Below are positions 48,573 through 58,094 of a stretch of DNA of 64,000 nt, piece after piece (the stretch's first letter is position 1; each line of letters begins with the position of its first letter). The notes beneath the pieces are model-generated. The model was given only the letters and a program-made list of their open reading frames with translations. It searched no databases and was not told the origin of the DNA. This DNA is from Flavobacterium sp. (GTDB lineage: Bacteria; Bacteroidota; Bacteroidia; Flavobacteriales; Flavobacteriaceae): contig JBFYPW010000001.1 of assembly GCA_041303115.1 (NCBI GenBank), forward strand, positions 2,335 through 66,334, given 5' to 3'. Made by a program: the position numbers and the translations under genes.

Positions 48573-51530
48573 ATGAAAAATAAAATATTAATACTATTCA
48601 TAGTATGTACAAGTTTTTTTGGATTTGCTCAATCTGAAAAAGACATTATAAACATCACTAAAGATTACGATGTTGCGCTAATTAAAAGCAAAGCAAAGGA
48701 ATTCAAAATTTTAGAAGAAAAAGAAAGAACAAGAGCTTATAAATATGCTCTGGAAAATAACATTCCTTTAAGTTATACTGATGAAAAAGGTAACTTTCAT
48801 CAATTAATGAAACTAACACCAGATGGTTATCCTATATATTTTTCTACTGAAAATCAGGCGGCAGCAAGATCAACTAGAACGGTACAATTAAACACGGGTG
48901 GAAGTTTAGGGCTTACGCTAAATGGACAAGGAATGGTTGCAAGAGTGTGGGATGGAGGCACGGTAAGAACGGAGCATAATCATTTTGGAGGAAGAGTAGT
49001 TTCAGTTGATGATGGAGGTGGAACAACATATTCACAACACGCTACACACGTAACTGGAACAGTTCTTGGTAATAGTACCAATTTATCACACAGAGGAATG
49101 GCCTATGAAGCGACAGGTAGAACATTTAACTGGACAGATGATGAAACAGAGGTTCTTGATGAGTTATTGGGCGGAATGCTTATATCAAACCACTCTTATG
49201 GTGTGCCAGTAACTGGTTCTAATGGTACTCCTTTGCCAGCATGGTATATTGGTACTTATGATTCAGACGCAAAAAATTGGGATGAAATTGCTTACTTAGC
49301 TCCTTATTATTTAATGGTGGCATCAGCAGGTAATTCTGGGGATGATCAAAATAATGCTAATCCCATATCATTTGGTATTGATAAACTTACTGGAAATAAA
49401 ACAGCTAAAAATAATTTAGTTATTGCAAATTGTTTAGATGTATCAGTAAATTCAGTTGGAGATATTTTATCTCCGCCAGTAATTAATAGTTCAAGCAGTC
49501 AAGGACCGACTGATGATAGAAGAATAAAACCGGATATAACTGGAAACGGAACAGGTTTAGTCTCAGCAAGCAGCGGAAGTAATAGTGCTACAGCTAACCT
49601 TACTGGAACATCAATGTCTTCCCCAAATGTCGCAGGTACATTATTGCTATTACAACAACATCACAATAATTTAACCACAAAATTTATGAAAGCGGCTACT
49701 TTAAAAGGCTTAGCTTGTCATACTGCAGATGATTCTGGAAGTATTGGCCCAGATATTTATTTTGGTTGGGGATTATTAAATGCTAAAGCAGCCGCGCAAG
49801 CAATTACTTCAAATGGATTAAATGCTTGGATTTCTGAAGAAAAACTTAATCAGGGGCAAACATACTCAATTACAGTAAAGTCTTTAGGAACTACTCCATT
49901 GATGGCTACTGCTTGTTGGACGGATGTTCCTGGCGATGCCAATAATGGTCAAAGAGGAGCTAACGATTTAACTCGTGCGCTTGTAAACGATTTAGACGTA
50001 AGAATCACAAGAAATGGATCAACTTACTATCCTTGGAAATTAGATTCAGACCCAACACTTGATGCTACTAGATTTGGTGATAATAATATTGATAATGTAG
50101 AGCAAGTAAAAATAGACGTCCCACCTGCTGGTGATTATGTTATTACAGTGACTCACAAAGGAACCTTAGTTAATAATAAACAAGATTTTTCACTAATCAT
50201 TACTGGTGTTACCTCTGGTTTTGCATTAATACCTACTTCTAATGATCTTGAAGTATGCGCCAATCAAAATGCTATATACACTTTTAACTATACTCAAACA
50301 GGCACTACGACAACCACAACAAATTTTTCAGCAACTGGTTTACCAAGTGGAGCAACAGCTGTATTTACCCCATCATCTAGAAATTCAAACGGGCCTGTTA
50401 CATTAACAATCTCAAATTTATCTGCAGGAAATCCAGGTAGTTACAATGTTGGTATTGTTGGAAACAATGGTTTAGAAACAGAAACAAGATATAAAAATTT
50501 AAAAATATTTAGTAGTACTTTTTCACCTATTACAGCTTCTTCTCCAACAAATAATCAAGTTGGTATAGCTACAACTGTAAATTTGGTTTGGAATGCACAT
50601 GTAAATGCTGAATCTTACCAATTACAAGTTTCTTCTTCTCCAACTTTTGGTACTACAATTCTAAATGTCACAGATATAATTGGAAATTCTTATATAGTAT
50701 CTAATTTAGCACAACAAACTACTTATTATTGGAGAGTAATACCATCAAACAGATGTGGAGCAGCAACAGTATCTAGCGCAACTGTAAATAACTTTCAGAC
50801 TGGTGTTTTATCTTGTGGGAATGAATTTTCTGCAACTAACTTTACAAATGCAACAATTGCAAGTACAGCAAATGCAACAGCTTCTGTTCCAATTTTAGTT
50901 ACTGGAGGATTAACTATCGGAGATTTAAATGTTGCACTAAATATAACACATACGTATATTCAAGATTTTAAAGTTAAACTAACAGGGCCTGCTTCTATTG
51001 GTAGTCCAGTAATCACTCTTTTGGACCAACCTTGTGGAGATAATGATAATGTAAATTGCACTATGGATGATAGTGGTATAGCCGTTGCATGTGGCACTTC
51101 AGTACCAGCTTTAACTGGAAGCGTTATTCCTTCTCAAACATTAACTGCATTAAATGGATTAAATGCAGATGGGGTTTGGACATTAACAGTAGATGACCCA
51201 TATAATGGTGATGGAGGAACAATTAATTCTGTAAAACTACAAATTTGTAACATCCAAGTTCCACTTGCTATTGAAGATACTACTTTTTCTAACTTAAAAA
51301 TATATCCAAATCCAACTACTGGAATTGTAAATATTGATCTAGGAAACCAAAATTTAGAACATAATTCAATTGTTAAGCTATACGATATACAAGGCAGATT
51401 AATTACAATTAAAGAAATGAAAACCGCTGTAGACAATGTTACTATTTCTAATTTATCTGATGGCGTTTATATAATAACTATAGAAAATGGTAGTTCTAAA
51501 ACAACCAAGAAAATAGTGTTAGCAAAATAA
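48573..51530 (+). CDS. S8 subtilisin-like serine peptidase with FN3-like, P-domain and T9SS type A CTD
   Basis: Catalytic triad VWDGG / HATHVTGT / GTSMSSP; ADGVWTLTVDD...DGGTI P-domain; IYPNPT...KKIV CTD. Confidence 0.92.
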   Translation: MKNKILILFIVCTSFFGFAQSEKDIINITKDYDVALIKSKAKEFKILEEKERTRAYKYALENNIPLSYTDEKGNFHQLMKLTPDGYPIYFSTENQAAARSTRTVQLNTGGSLGLTLNGQGMVARVWDGGTVRTEHNHFGGRVVSVDDGGGTTYSQHATHVTGTVLGNSTNLSHRGMAYEATGRTFNWTDDETEVLDELLGGMLISNHSYGVPVTGSNGTPLPAWYIGTYDSDAKNWDEIAYLAPYYLMVASAGNSGDDQNNANPISFGIDKLTGNKTAKNNLVIANCLDVSVNSVGDILSPPVINSSSSQGPTDDRRIKPDITGNGTGLVSASSGSNSATANLTGTSMSSPNVAGTLLLLQQHHNNLTTKFMKAATLKGLACHTADDSGSIGPDIYFGWGLLNAKAAAQAITSNGLNAWISEEKLNQGQTYSITVKSLGTTPLMATACWTDVPGDANNGQRGANDLTRALVNDLDVRITRNGSTYYPWKLDSDPTLDATRFGDNNIDNVEQVKIDVPPAGDYVITVTHKGTLVNNKQDFSLIITGVTSGFALIPTSNDLEVCANQNAIYTFNYTQTGTTTTTTNFSATGLPSGATAVFTPSSRNSNGPVTLTISNLSAGNPGSYNVGIVGNNGLETETRYKNLKIFSSTFSPITASSPTNNQVGIATTVNLVWNAHVNAESYQLQVSSSPTFGTTILNVTDIIGNSYIVSNLAQQTTYYWRVIPSNRCGAATVSSATVNNFQTGVLSCGNEFSATNFTNATIASTANATASVPILVTGGLTIGDLNVALNITHTYIQDFKVKLTGPASIGSPVITLLDQPCGDNDNVNCTMDDSGIAVACGTSVPALTGSVIPSQTLTALNGLNADGVWTLTVDDPYNGDGGTINSVKLQICNIQVPLAIEDTTFSNLKIYPNPTTGIVNIDLGNQNLEHNSIVKLYDIQGRLITIKEMKTAVDNVTISNLSDGVYIITIENGSSKTTKKIVLAK

Positions 51531-51532
51531 TC

Positions 51533-51565
51533 AAAAAAAGGAGTTCTATTTGAACTCCTTTTTTT
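51533..51565 (+). terminator. Intrinsic terminator
   Basis: AAAAAAAGGAGTTC-TATTT-GAACTCCTTTTTTT. Confidence 0.85.
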
Positions 51566-51682
51566 ATGTAATCGCGCTATTAACTTATTGTTTAGTGTTG
51601 TAGCCTTTTCTAATTTAAGCAAGTAAAATAAATAAAGCGGCTCAAGAAATACCACTAAAAATAACGAGAAAAAAATATCCAT

Positions 51683-51715
51683 AAAAAAACCCGATAAAAA
51701 ATATTTACCGGGTTT
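51683..51715 (-). terminator. Intrinsic terminator after the DUF1573 gene
   Basis: Minus strand AAACCCGGTAAAT...TTTATCGGGTTTTTTT. Confidence 0.7.
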
Positions 51716-51734
51716 AAATATAAATAATCTTTTT

Positions 51735-52187
51735 TTATTTTGATGCTGGCGAAGCTACTGCAGGTGCTTCATTAACTTTAACTGTTCCTTTTATTGTAAT
51801 TGTTTTTGGAATAGTATTTTCTTCACTAGTTGTTACCGTAACTGTTTTGTGGAAAGCACCGCCTGACGCAGCATTATATGTAGCAGTTACCGTTCCTTTT
51901 TCACCTGGTTTAATAGCTGTTTTTGTGTAATTAGTTGCTGTACATCCACAAGATGCTTTTACATCTTTTAAAGTAACATCTTTGTTTGTAGTGTTTGTAA
52001 AAGTAAACTCATAAGAAACTGGTTTACCTTGTTCAATAGTTCCAAATTCATGTGTTTCTTTTTCCCATTTCATTTGAGAGGGTGTTTGTGGTGCAGCTGG
52101 AGTAGAAACTGCAGCTGGAGCAGCAGTTTGAGCAAATGAAAGTGAACCCATGAATAATGCAGCTGCAAGTAATTTTACTGTTTTCAT
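51735..52187 (-). CDS. DUF1573 domain protein (Ig-like, exported)
   Basis: Signal peptide, HEFGTI, ASCGCT, IKPGEKG. Confidence 0.9.
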   Translation of the reverse strand: MKTVKLLAAALFMGSLSFAQTAAPAAVSTPAAPQTPSQMKWEKETHEFGTIEQGKPVSYEFTFTNTTNKDVTLKDVKASCGCTATNYTKTAIKPGEKGTVTATYNAASGGAFHKTVTVTTSEENTIPKTITIKGTVKVNEAPAVASPASK

Positions 52188-52251
52188 AATTATTATATTT
52201 AAATTAGTTTTTTATTAACATCGCAAATGTATTTATTTTTTTAAATAATGT

Positions 52252-52293
52252 TGTTAATCCTAACTATTTATTGTGTTAATGAGTTGTTAATGA
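52252..52293. promoter_or_regulatory. Phased TGTTAAT direct repeats, candidate OmpR-family response regulator site
   Basis: TGTTAAT at 52252, TGTTAATGA at 52274 and 52285 (22- and 11-bp spacing). Confidence 0.55.
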
Positions 52294-52344
52294 TTAATTT
52301 CGCTTAAAAATTTGTCTTAATATCGTTAAAAATTTAAAATACAA

Positions 52345-53616
52345 ATGAAATTATCTCGATTTAATATTGTCATAATTATTGGATTTCTTGCTATAGTAGG
52401 GGTTATTATTATGCAATTATTTTTGATAAACAACGCGCACAAATTAGCGAAAAAAGATACTGAAGACAAAATATTTTTTGCCTTACAAGAGGTTTTAGAA
52501 AAACTATATAAAGATAATTTAACAGGATTATTAGTTGCCAATCAAGTAGAAAAAGTGTCCGGCAATTATTTTACGGTTAATGTAAACTACGAATTTGAAA
52601 ATTCCATTTTAGAACATTATTTAATTTCAGAATTTGAAAAAAACAATTTAGATGTTGATTTTGAATATGCTGTTTATAATTGCTCTTCAGATAAAATGGC
52701 GTTTAGCAATCACATCAATAGTAATGGGAAAAAAGAACCTATTAAATGCCCAACTTGTTTTACAAAAAATCCTAAATACACGTATTATTTTGCCATTCGA
52801 TTCCCGGATATTGAACAAAATTATTTTAAAAACTTAAATCAATATTGGATTTTTACTACTGTTTTGTTTCTGGTATTAATTATTTATGTGTACTCGGTTG
52901 TACTAATGTTAAAACAGAAAAAATATACCGAATTACAAAAAGATTTTATCAATAATATGTCGCATGAATTTAAAACACCGTTGGCGTCCATTCTCATCGC
53001 ATCAAATTATGTTAAAGAACAAAACGAAATAAAAGACAATCCGAAACTGAAAAAATACAATCAAATTGTTGTCAATCAAACTAATAAACTAAATGAACAT
53101 ATTGAAAAAATATTATATGTAGCTAAAACCGAAAGCAAAAAAATGCTAATTGATAAAACCAAGTTTGAGTTGAGGCCTGTTTTAGAGCTAGTAAAAGACA
53201 ATATTCAATTAAAATATGATAAGGAAATTGATATCGATGTAATAACTATAAAAAAATATGTTTTAAAAGCAGATGAATTTCATATGTATAACATCCTATT
53301 TAATTTAGTGGATAATGCGGTGAAATATTCTGGATTATCGCCTAAAATTGAAATTGTTGTTGCAGAAATTAACCAACAACTTTCTATTCAGATTATAGAT
53401 AACGGTTGCGGAATTCCACCTAAAGATTTACCTTTCGTATTCGATAAATTTTATAGAGTGTCGCGCCAAGATATCAAAAATATTGAAGGTTTTGGTATTG
53501 GTTTGTCGTATGTGAAAAAGATATGTGACTTACATCGTTGGAAAATTACCATCTCGAATAATTCAGACAAAGGAATTGTAGTTACGATTATCGTTAACCA
53601 TAAAGATTATGAGTAA
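52345..53616 (+). CDS. Sensor histidine kinase
   Basis: Two TM segments, H-box SHEFKTPL, NLVDNAVKY, DNGCGI, FDKFYRV, GFGIGL. Confidence 0.95.
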   Translation: MKLSRFNIVIIIGFLAIVGVIIMQLFLINNAHKLAKKDTEDKIFFALQEVLEKLYKDNLTGLLVANQVEKVSGNYFTVNVNYEFENSILEHYLISEFEKNNLDVDFEYAVYNCSSDKMAFSNHINSNGKKEPIKCPTCFTKNPKYTYYFAIRFPDIEQNYFKNLNQYWIFTTVLFLVLIIYVYSVVLMLKQKKYTELQKDFINNMSHEFKTPLASILIASNYVKEQNEIKDNPKLKKYNQIVVNQTNKLNEHIEKILYVAKTESKKMLIDKTKFELRPVLELVKDNIQLKYDKEIDIDVITIKKYVLKADEFHMYNILFNLVDNAVKYSGLSPKIEIVVAEINQQLSIQIIDNGCGIPPKDLPFVFDKFYRVSRQDIKNIEGFGIGLSYVKKICDLHRWKITISNNSDKGIVVTIIVNHKDYE

Positions 53617-54295
53617 AAAGAAAGTATTATATATTGAAGACGAGGAAACGCTTGCGTTTTTAACTGTTGATAATTTAGAACAACATTTTGATGTGGTGCA
53701 TTGCAGTAACGGGAAAAGTGGCTTAAACGCTTTTTATTCTCAATCATTTGATATTGTAGTGACGGATATTATGATGCCTGAAATGGATGGATTTGAATTG
53801 GCAGCCGAAATAAGGAAACGCAATCAAGAAATTCCAATTATTTTTTTATCGGCGAAAACGATGAAAGAAGATCGTATTAAAGGATTAAAACTTGGCGCTG
53901 ATGATTATTTAGTGAAACCGTATTCGATTGAAGAACTAATTTTGAAAATTGAAGTTTTTTTACACCGAAGTCAAAAAAACACTGAAAAAGTTATAAAAAA
54001 ATATGAGTTTTCTGGCTTTATTTTTGAACCCGAAAATTATTTAATCAAAAACGAAACTTCAAAAACAACGCTTACAGAACGCGAAGCACAATTACTAAAA
54101 CTGTTTTTAGACAATCCAAATACGGTTTTAAAACGCGAAAAAATTCTGATGGAACTTTGGGGTTCGGACGATTATTTTTTAGGCAGAAGTTTGGATGTTT
54201 TTATTTCTCGTTTACGAAAAATAATAAAAGAAACTCCAACTTTAGCTATTGAAAATATTCCGAGAGTAGGTTTTAAATGGGTAAGTGAAAAATAA
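53609..54295 (+). CDS. OmpR family response regulator
   Basis: Receiver (DIMMPEMDG, GADDYLVKP) and winged helix (RSLDVFISRLRK). Confidence 0.95.
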   Translation: MSKKKVLYIEDEETLAFLTVDNLEQHFDVVHCSNGKSGLNAFYSQSFDIVVTDIMMPEMDGFELAAEIRKRNQEIPIIFLSAKTMKEDRIKGLKLGADDYLVKPYSIEELILKIEVFLHRSQKNTEKVIKKYEFSGFIFEPENYLIKNETSKTTLTEREAQLLKLFLDNPNTVLKREKILMELWGSDDYFLGRSLDVFISRLRKIIKETPTLAIENIPRVGFKWVSEK

Positions 54296-54308
54296 AATCT
54301 ATGCCTAA

Positions 54309-54872
54309 TTACTCCTTTTTGTCTACATTCAAAGAGTCAGAAACTTTTTCGTTTGCAGGTGTTTCTTTTGTTCGTTCTTTAACTTCATCATACCATTTTT
54401 CTAAATTTGGCGACATAAATTTAGAAACTTCTTGTACGGGCTGATAAAAGAGGGATTTGTTTAAGGTTTCTTCCTTTACCAACACACTATTACTATTTAT
54501 TTTTTGAAGTAAATTAAGCAAAACACCCAACATTAAAATGGTTTTTAGCATACTAAAAACAGCACCTCCTAATTTATTTAGCCAACCTAAATAGGCAAAA
54601 CTTGCGATACTTGTAAAAAATTTTGCTAATAAATGAATGGCAATAAGTACTAAAATAAAAGTTATAGCAAAAGCAATAATTTCAATATATTTTGGATTGG
54701 TTTTTATTTTTTCTTCTAATGCCAATCGGACAAAATGCGAAAATTTTATCGCTACAAAAATGCCCACAATTAAAGAACTGAAAGAGGCTATTTCAACAAA
54801 AAGACCATTTTTTAAACCATTATATATACTATATCCTAATAATACGGCAAAAACAAAATCAATAAATTCCAT
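54309..54872 (-). CDS. cvpA: CvpA family protein
   Basis: IDF...GLKNGLFVEI, NKLGGAVFS, S.FY motifs; 4 TM. Confidence 0.85.
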   Translation of the reverse strand: MEFIDFVFAVLLGYSIYNGLKNGLFVEIASFSSLIVGIFVAIKFSHFVRLALEEKIKTNPKYIEIIAFAITFILVLIAIHLLAKFFTSIASFAYLGWLNKLGGAVFSMLKTILMLGVLLNLLQKINSNSVLVKEETLNKSLFYQPVQEVSKFMSPNLEKWYDEVKERTKETPANEKVSDSLNVDKKE

Positions 54873-54949
54873 AAATTATATTTATTTTATAAAAACAAAA
54901 CTACAAAATGCAAACCTCAAATACTATCTTTGTAAAAAACAAAAAATAA

Positions 54950-55306
54950 ATGTCTAGAGATATACAATTAAAAGAACGTTGGGAAAAAGTAGTAACTTTT
55001 TTATCTAAAAAATTTGCCGATGGTGACGTATTAGATTTAGATGCCATAATTTATTTAATTGGCGTTCAGGAATTAGGCAAAATAAATTGCGAATTTAAAA
55101 AGGACGAAAAAGTAAACTTAATGCACATTGCTATTTGTAAACTATTAGAGCCTTATGGATATTACGAATTTGAATTTTTTGATAAAGAGGGCTGGCCTCA
55201 TTATAAAGTAGTAAAAGAACTTCCAGCACTAAAAGCTGGAGAACAATCCGTTTTAATGAAAGACGCTATTGTGAATTATTTTTTAGAAAAAGAGATCATT
55301 AATTAG
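54950..55306 (+). CDS. Conserved hypothetical protein
   Basis: IYLIGVQELG, HIAICKLLEPYGYY, GWPH; preceded by a TATCTTTG box. Confidence 0.8.
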   Translation: MSRDIQLKERWEKVVTFLSKKFADGDVLDLDAIIYLIGVQELGKINCEFKKDEKVNLMHIAICKLLEPYGYYEFEFFDKEGWPHYKVVKELPALKAGEQSVLMKDAIVNYFLEKEIIN

Positions 55307-55387
55307 TGCTTAGTTGAAACTAATTTCGAATCACTTTTCACTAATCGCTAAAAAATACATAAATTTGCAGACTATTACCTTTTTATA

Positions 55388-56407
55388 ATGATAAATAAGA
55401 TAAAACAACATATTGAAGAAGCTAAAGCTTTCCAAACTGAAGACAAAATTACTTTAGAAGAATTTCGCATTAAGTACTTAGGAAGTAAGGGTTTACTAAA
55501 AGATTTTTTTGCCGAATTCAAAAACGTACCTAACGAACAAAAGAAAGAATTTGGTCAGGTAATTAATGAGTTGAAAAATACGGCAGAAGAGAAAGTAAAA
55601 ACCATTCAGGAGGTTATGGATTCTAAAACAGAAGCTGTACATATGTTTGGCGATTTATCTCGACCTGGAAATCCTATTCATGTTGGCTCGCGTCATCCTA
55701 TTTCTTTAGTGAAAAATCAAATTTTAGATGTTTTTTCAACCATTGGTTTCAATGTGTCTGAAGGACCAGAAATAGAAGACGATTGGCATAATTTTACCGC
55801 ATTAAATTTACCAGAATACCATCCTGCTCGTGATATGCAGGATACGTTTTTTATTCAGACAAATCCGGATGTTTTGTTACGTACACATACCTCATCCGTA
55901 CAGGTTCGTTATATGGAAAACAACAAGCCGCCTATTAGAACTATTTCTCCTGGGAGGGTTTTTCGTAACGAAGCTATTTCGTCTCGTTCACATTGTATTT
56001 TTCATCAAGTAGAAGGTTTATATATTGATAAAAATGTATCGTTTGCCGATTTAAAACAAACGCTATTATATTTTACAAAAGAAATGTTCGGGAAATCTAA
56101 AATCAGATTGCGTCCGTCTTACTTTCCATTTACAGAACCAAGCGCTGAAGTTGATATTTATTGGGGATTGAAAACAGAAACCGATTATCGAATTACAAAA
56201 GGAACAGGCTGGTTAGAAATTATGGGTTGCGGAATGGTTGATCCGAATGTGTTGAAAAACTGCGGCATTGACCCAAATGAATATACAGGATACGCTTTTG
56301 GAATGGGAATTGAAAGAATTGCTATGCTATTATACCAAATTGGCGATATTAGAATGTTTTATGAAAACGATGTTCGTTTCTTAGAACAATTTAAGTCAAG
56401 TTTATAA
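55388..56407 (+). CDS. pheS: Phenylalanine--tRNA ligase alpha subunit
   Basis: HPARDMQDTF, LRTHTS, FHQVEG, YFPFTEPS, AFGMGIER. Confidence 0.98.
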   Translation: MINKIKQHIEEAKAFQTEDKITLEEFRIKYLGSKGLLKDFFAEFKNVPNEQKKEFGQVINELKNTAEEKVKTIQEVMDSKTEAVHMFGDLSRPGNPIHVGSRHPISLVKNQILDVFSTIGFNVSEGPEIEDDWHNFTALNLPEYHPARDMQDTFFIQTNPDVLLRTHTSSVQVRYMENNKPPIRTISPGRVFRNEAISSRSHCIFHQVEGLYIDKNVSFADLKQTLLYFTKEMFGKSKIRLRPSYFPFTEPSAEVDIYWGLKTETDYRITKGTGWLEIMGCGMVDPNVLKNCGIDPNEYTGYAFGMGIERIAMLLYQIGDIRMFYENDVRFLEQFKSSL

Positions 56408-56409
56408 AA

Positions 56410-56440
56410 TAAAAAATCCCGAGATTGTCGGGATTTTTTA
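56410..56440. terminator. Bidirectional terminator (pheS / SDR)
   Basis: TAAAAAATCCCGA-GATTG-TCGGGATTTTTTA. Confidence 0.85.
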
Positions 56441-56498
56441 TTTTATCGCTATTGAAGAAAATTACAATTTTAGTATTATGATTATTTACTTAATAAAA

Positions 56499-57314
56499 TT
56501 AAATATTATAGCTTTTTCTTACTAATAAAAAATATAATTTATCAGAAAGTAATTTTCTGAGTTTTAATAGTATTGGACCTGGCTTACCAATAGGATATCT
56601 CATTTTATTATTATTGTCTGTTGCGGCAATAAAAATTGTTTTAGCAACAACCTCTGGCCCTTCTGCATCATTTATAACTTTTGCTGCTGCCACATTAAAT
56701 TTTGAAATAAATACATCATAATCACTTGTATAATCAGGCTTAATGAATTTTCTACTTCTTCCATAAAAATCAGTTGCTATTGGACCAGGTTCAATAAGTT
56801 TTAATTTAATGTTAAATTGTGCTAATTCATAATGTAACGACTCTGTAAAGCCTTCAACAGCAAATTTTGTTGCATGATAAATGCTATATAATGGGAAAGT
56901 GATTTTTCCACCCATACTTGAAATTTGGATAATTGTTCCACCACCAGAGGGGCGCATCACTTTTATTGCCTCTCTTGTCACACGCATTAATCCATATACA
57001 TTGGTGTTAAATTGGTCTTCAATTACTTCATCAGACATTGCTTCAAAAGCGCCATCCACTCCATACCCCGCATTGTTTACAACAACATCAATAGTTCCAA
57101 ATTCTTCTCTAACTTTTTGAAATACTTTACTGATACTATCAAGGTTCGTAACATCTAAAGGATAAAGTTTGACATTTTTAAAGGTCTTAAAGTCAGATTC
57201 CTTTTCAGGATTTCTTTGCGTAGCAATTACATTCCATCCATTTTTTGCAAATTCAATAACGGTTGATTTCCCAATTCCACTTGAAGATCCTGTAATTAAA
57301 ATTGTCTTTTTCAT
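56499..57314 (-). CDS. SDR family oxidoreductase
   Basis: TGSSSGIG, NNAG, YHATK (YxxxK), EPG. Confidence 0.95.
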   Translation of the reverse strand: MKKTILITGSSSGIGKSTVIEFAKNGWNVIATQRNPEKESDFKTFKNVKLYPLDVTNLDSISKVFQKVREEFGTIDVVVNNAGYGVDGAFEAMSDEVIEDQFNTNVYGLMRVTREAIKVMRPSGGGTIIQISSMGGKITFPLYSIYHATKFAVEGFTESLHYELAQFNIKLKLIEPGPIATDFYGRSRKFIKPDYTSDYDVFISKFNVAAAKVINDAEGPEVVAKTIFIAATDNNNKMRYPIGKPGPILLKLRKLLSDKLYFLLVRKSYNI

Positions 57315-57363
57315 ATGATTATGTTTTAATTTAGTGCAAACTTAGTAGTATAAAATCAAACCC

Positions 57364-57391
57364 ACAACATTAGAGTATAGTCTATAGTTGT
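57364..57391. promoter_or_regulatory. Imperfect palindrome between divergent SDR and merR promoters; candidate MerR operator
   Basis: ACAACATTAGA-GTATAG-TCTATAGTTGT. Confidence 0.6.
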
Positions 57392-57421
57392 TATTTTTTT
57401 AATATTTTTTATATTTGCATT

Positions 57422-57784
57422 ATGTTAATAAATGAAATAGCTAAGAAAACAGGGATTTCTGCCCACACGATTCGCTTCTATGAGAAGTCAGGATTGATTG
57501 AAGGAAAGCGCGATGAGTCTATCAAAACAAACAATTATTTTCACTATGATGAAGAAACAATTGAAAAATTAGAATTCATTAGCGATGCCAAATCGGTCGG
57601 CTTTACTATAAGAGAAATCGGACAAGTTATAGATGCTTGGTATAATAACAAATATAGTAAAGACGAAAAATTAAAAATTCTTGACGAAAAATTACATTCT
57701 CTTGAACAGAAGATGAAGGAGATTAAAGAAATGAAAAAACAAATAGAAGAGTTCAAGAAAGATGTCCTAAACGACAAATGTTAA
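57422..57784 (+). CDS. MerR family transcriptional regulator
   Basis: INEIAKKTGISAHTIRFYEKSGLI HTH, GFTIREI, C-terminal coiled coil. Confidence 0.93.
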   Translation: MLINEIAKKTGISAHTIRFYEKSGLIEGKRDESIKTNNYFHYDEETIEKLEFISDAKSVGFTIREIGQVIDAWYNNKYSKDEKLKILDEKLHSLEQKMKEIKEMKKQIEEFKKDVLNDKC

Positions 57785-57792
57785 TTATAAAT

Positions 57793-57824
57793 AAAAAAGC
57801 CCTTACATTGCTGTAAAGGCTTTT
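57793..57824. terminator. Bidirectional terminator (merR / tRNA-Asn pair)
   Basis: AAAAAAGCCCTTACA...TGTAAAGGCTTTT. Confidence 0.8.
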
Positions 57825-57829
57825 GAAAG

Positions 57830-57903
57830 CTCCCTCTCTTGGGCTCGAACCAAGGACCCTCTGATTAACAGTCAGATGCTCTAACCAACTGAGCTAAGAA
57901 GGA
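57830..57903 (-). tRNA. tRNA-Asn (GTT)
   Basis: TCCTTCTTAGCTCAGTTGGTTAGAGCATCTGACTGTTAATCAGAGGGTCCTTGGTTCGAGCCCAAGAGAGGGAG folds as a cloverleaf; CCA not encoded. Confidence 0.97.
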
Positions 57904-57943
57904 ATAACCTAATAGGTTAAGTATGTTTTCGCTAAAATTTTTG

Positions 57944-58017
57944 CTCCCTCTCTTGGGCTCGAACCAAGGACCCTCTGATTAACAGTCAGATGCTCTAACC
58001 AACTGAGCTAAGAAGGA
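57944..58017 (-). tRNA. tRNA-Asn (GTT), identical copy
   Basis: Same 74-nt sequence; TATATTTG promoter box at 58050-58043. Confidence 0.97.
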
Positions 58018-58094
58018 AGTTGCATGTTTATTTTAGCGAGTGCAAATATAATTGAATTTTTATTCTATCAAAAATATTTAAACACTTTTTTGTT

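Noticed and set aside
51467-51682. 71-aa minus-strand ORF MDIFFSLFLVV...
   Set aside because: Starts inside the T-tract of a terminator, crosses another terminator and overlaps the S8 peptidase 3' end; no promoter seen
56408-57903. SDR-merR as a tRNA-Asn-integrated island
   Set aside because: No duplicated tRNA 3' end (att site) on the pheS side and no integrase; horizontal origin remains possible but is unsupported
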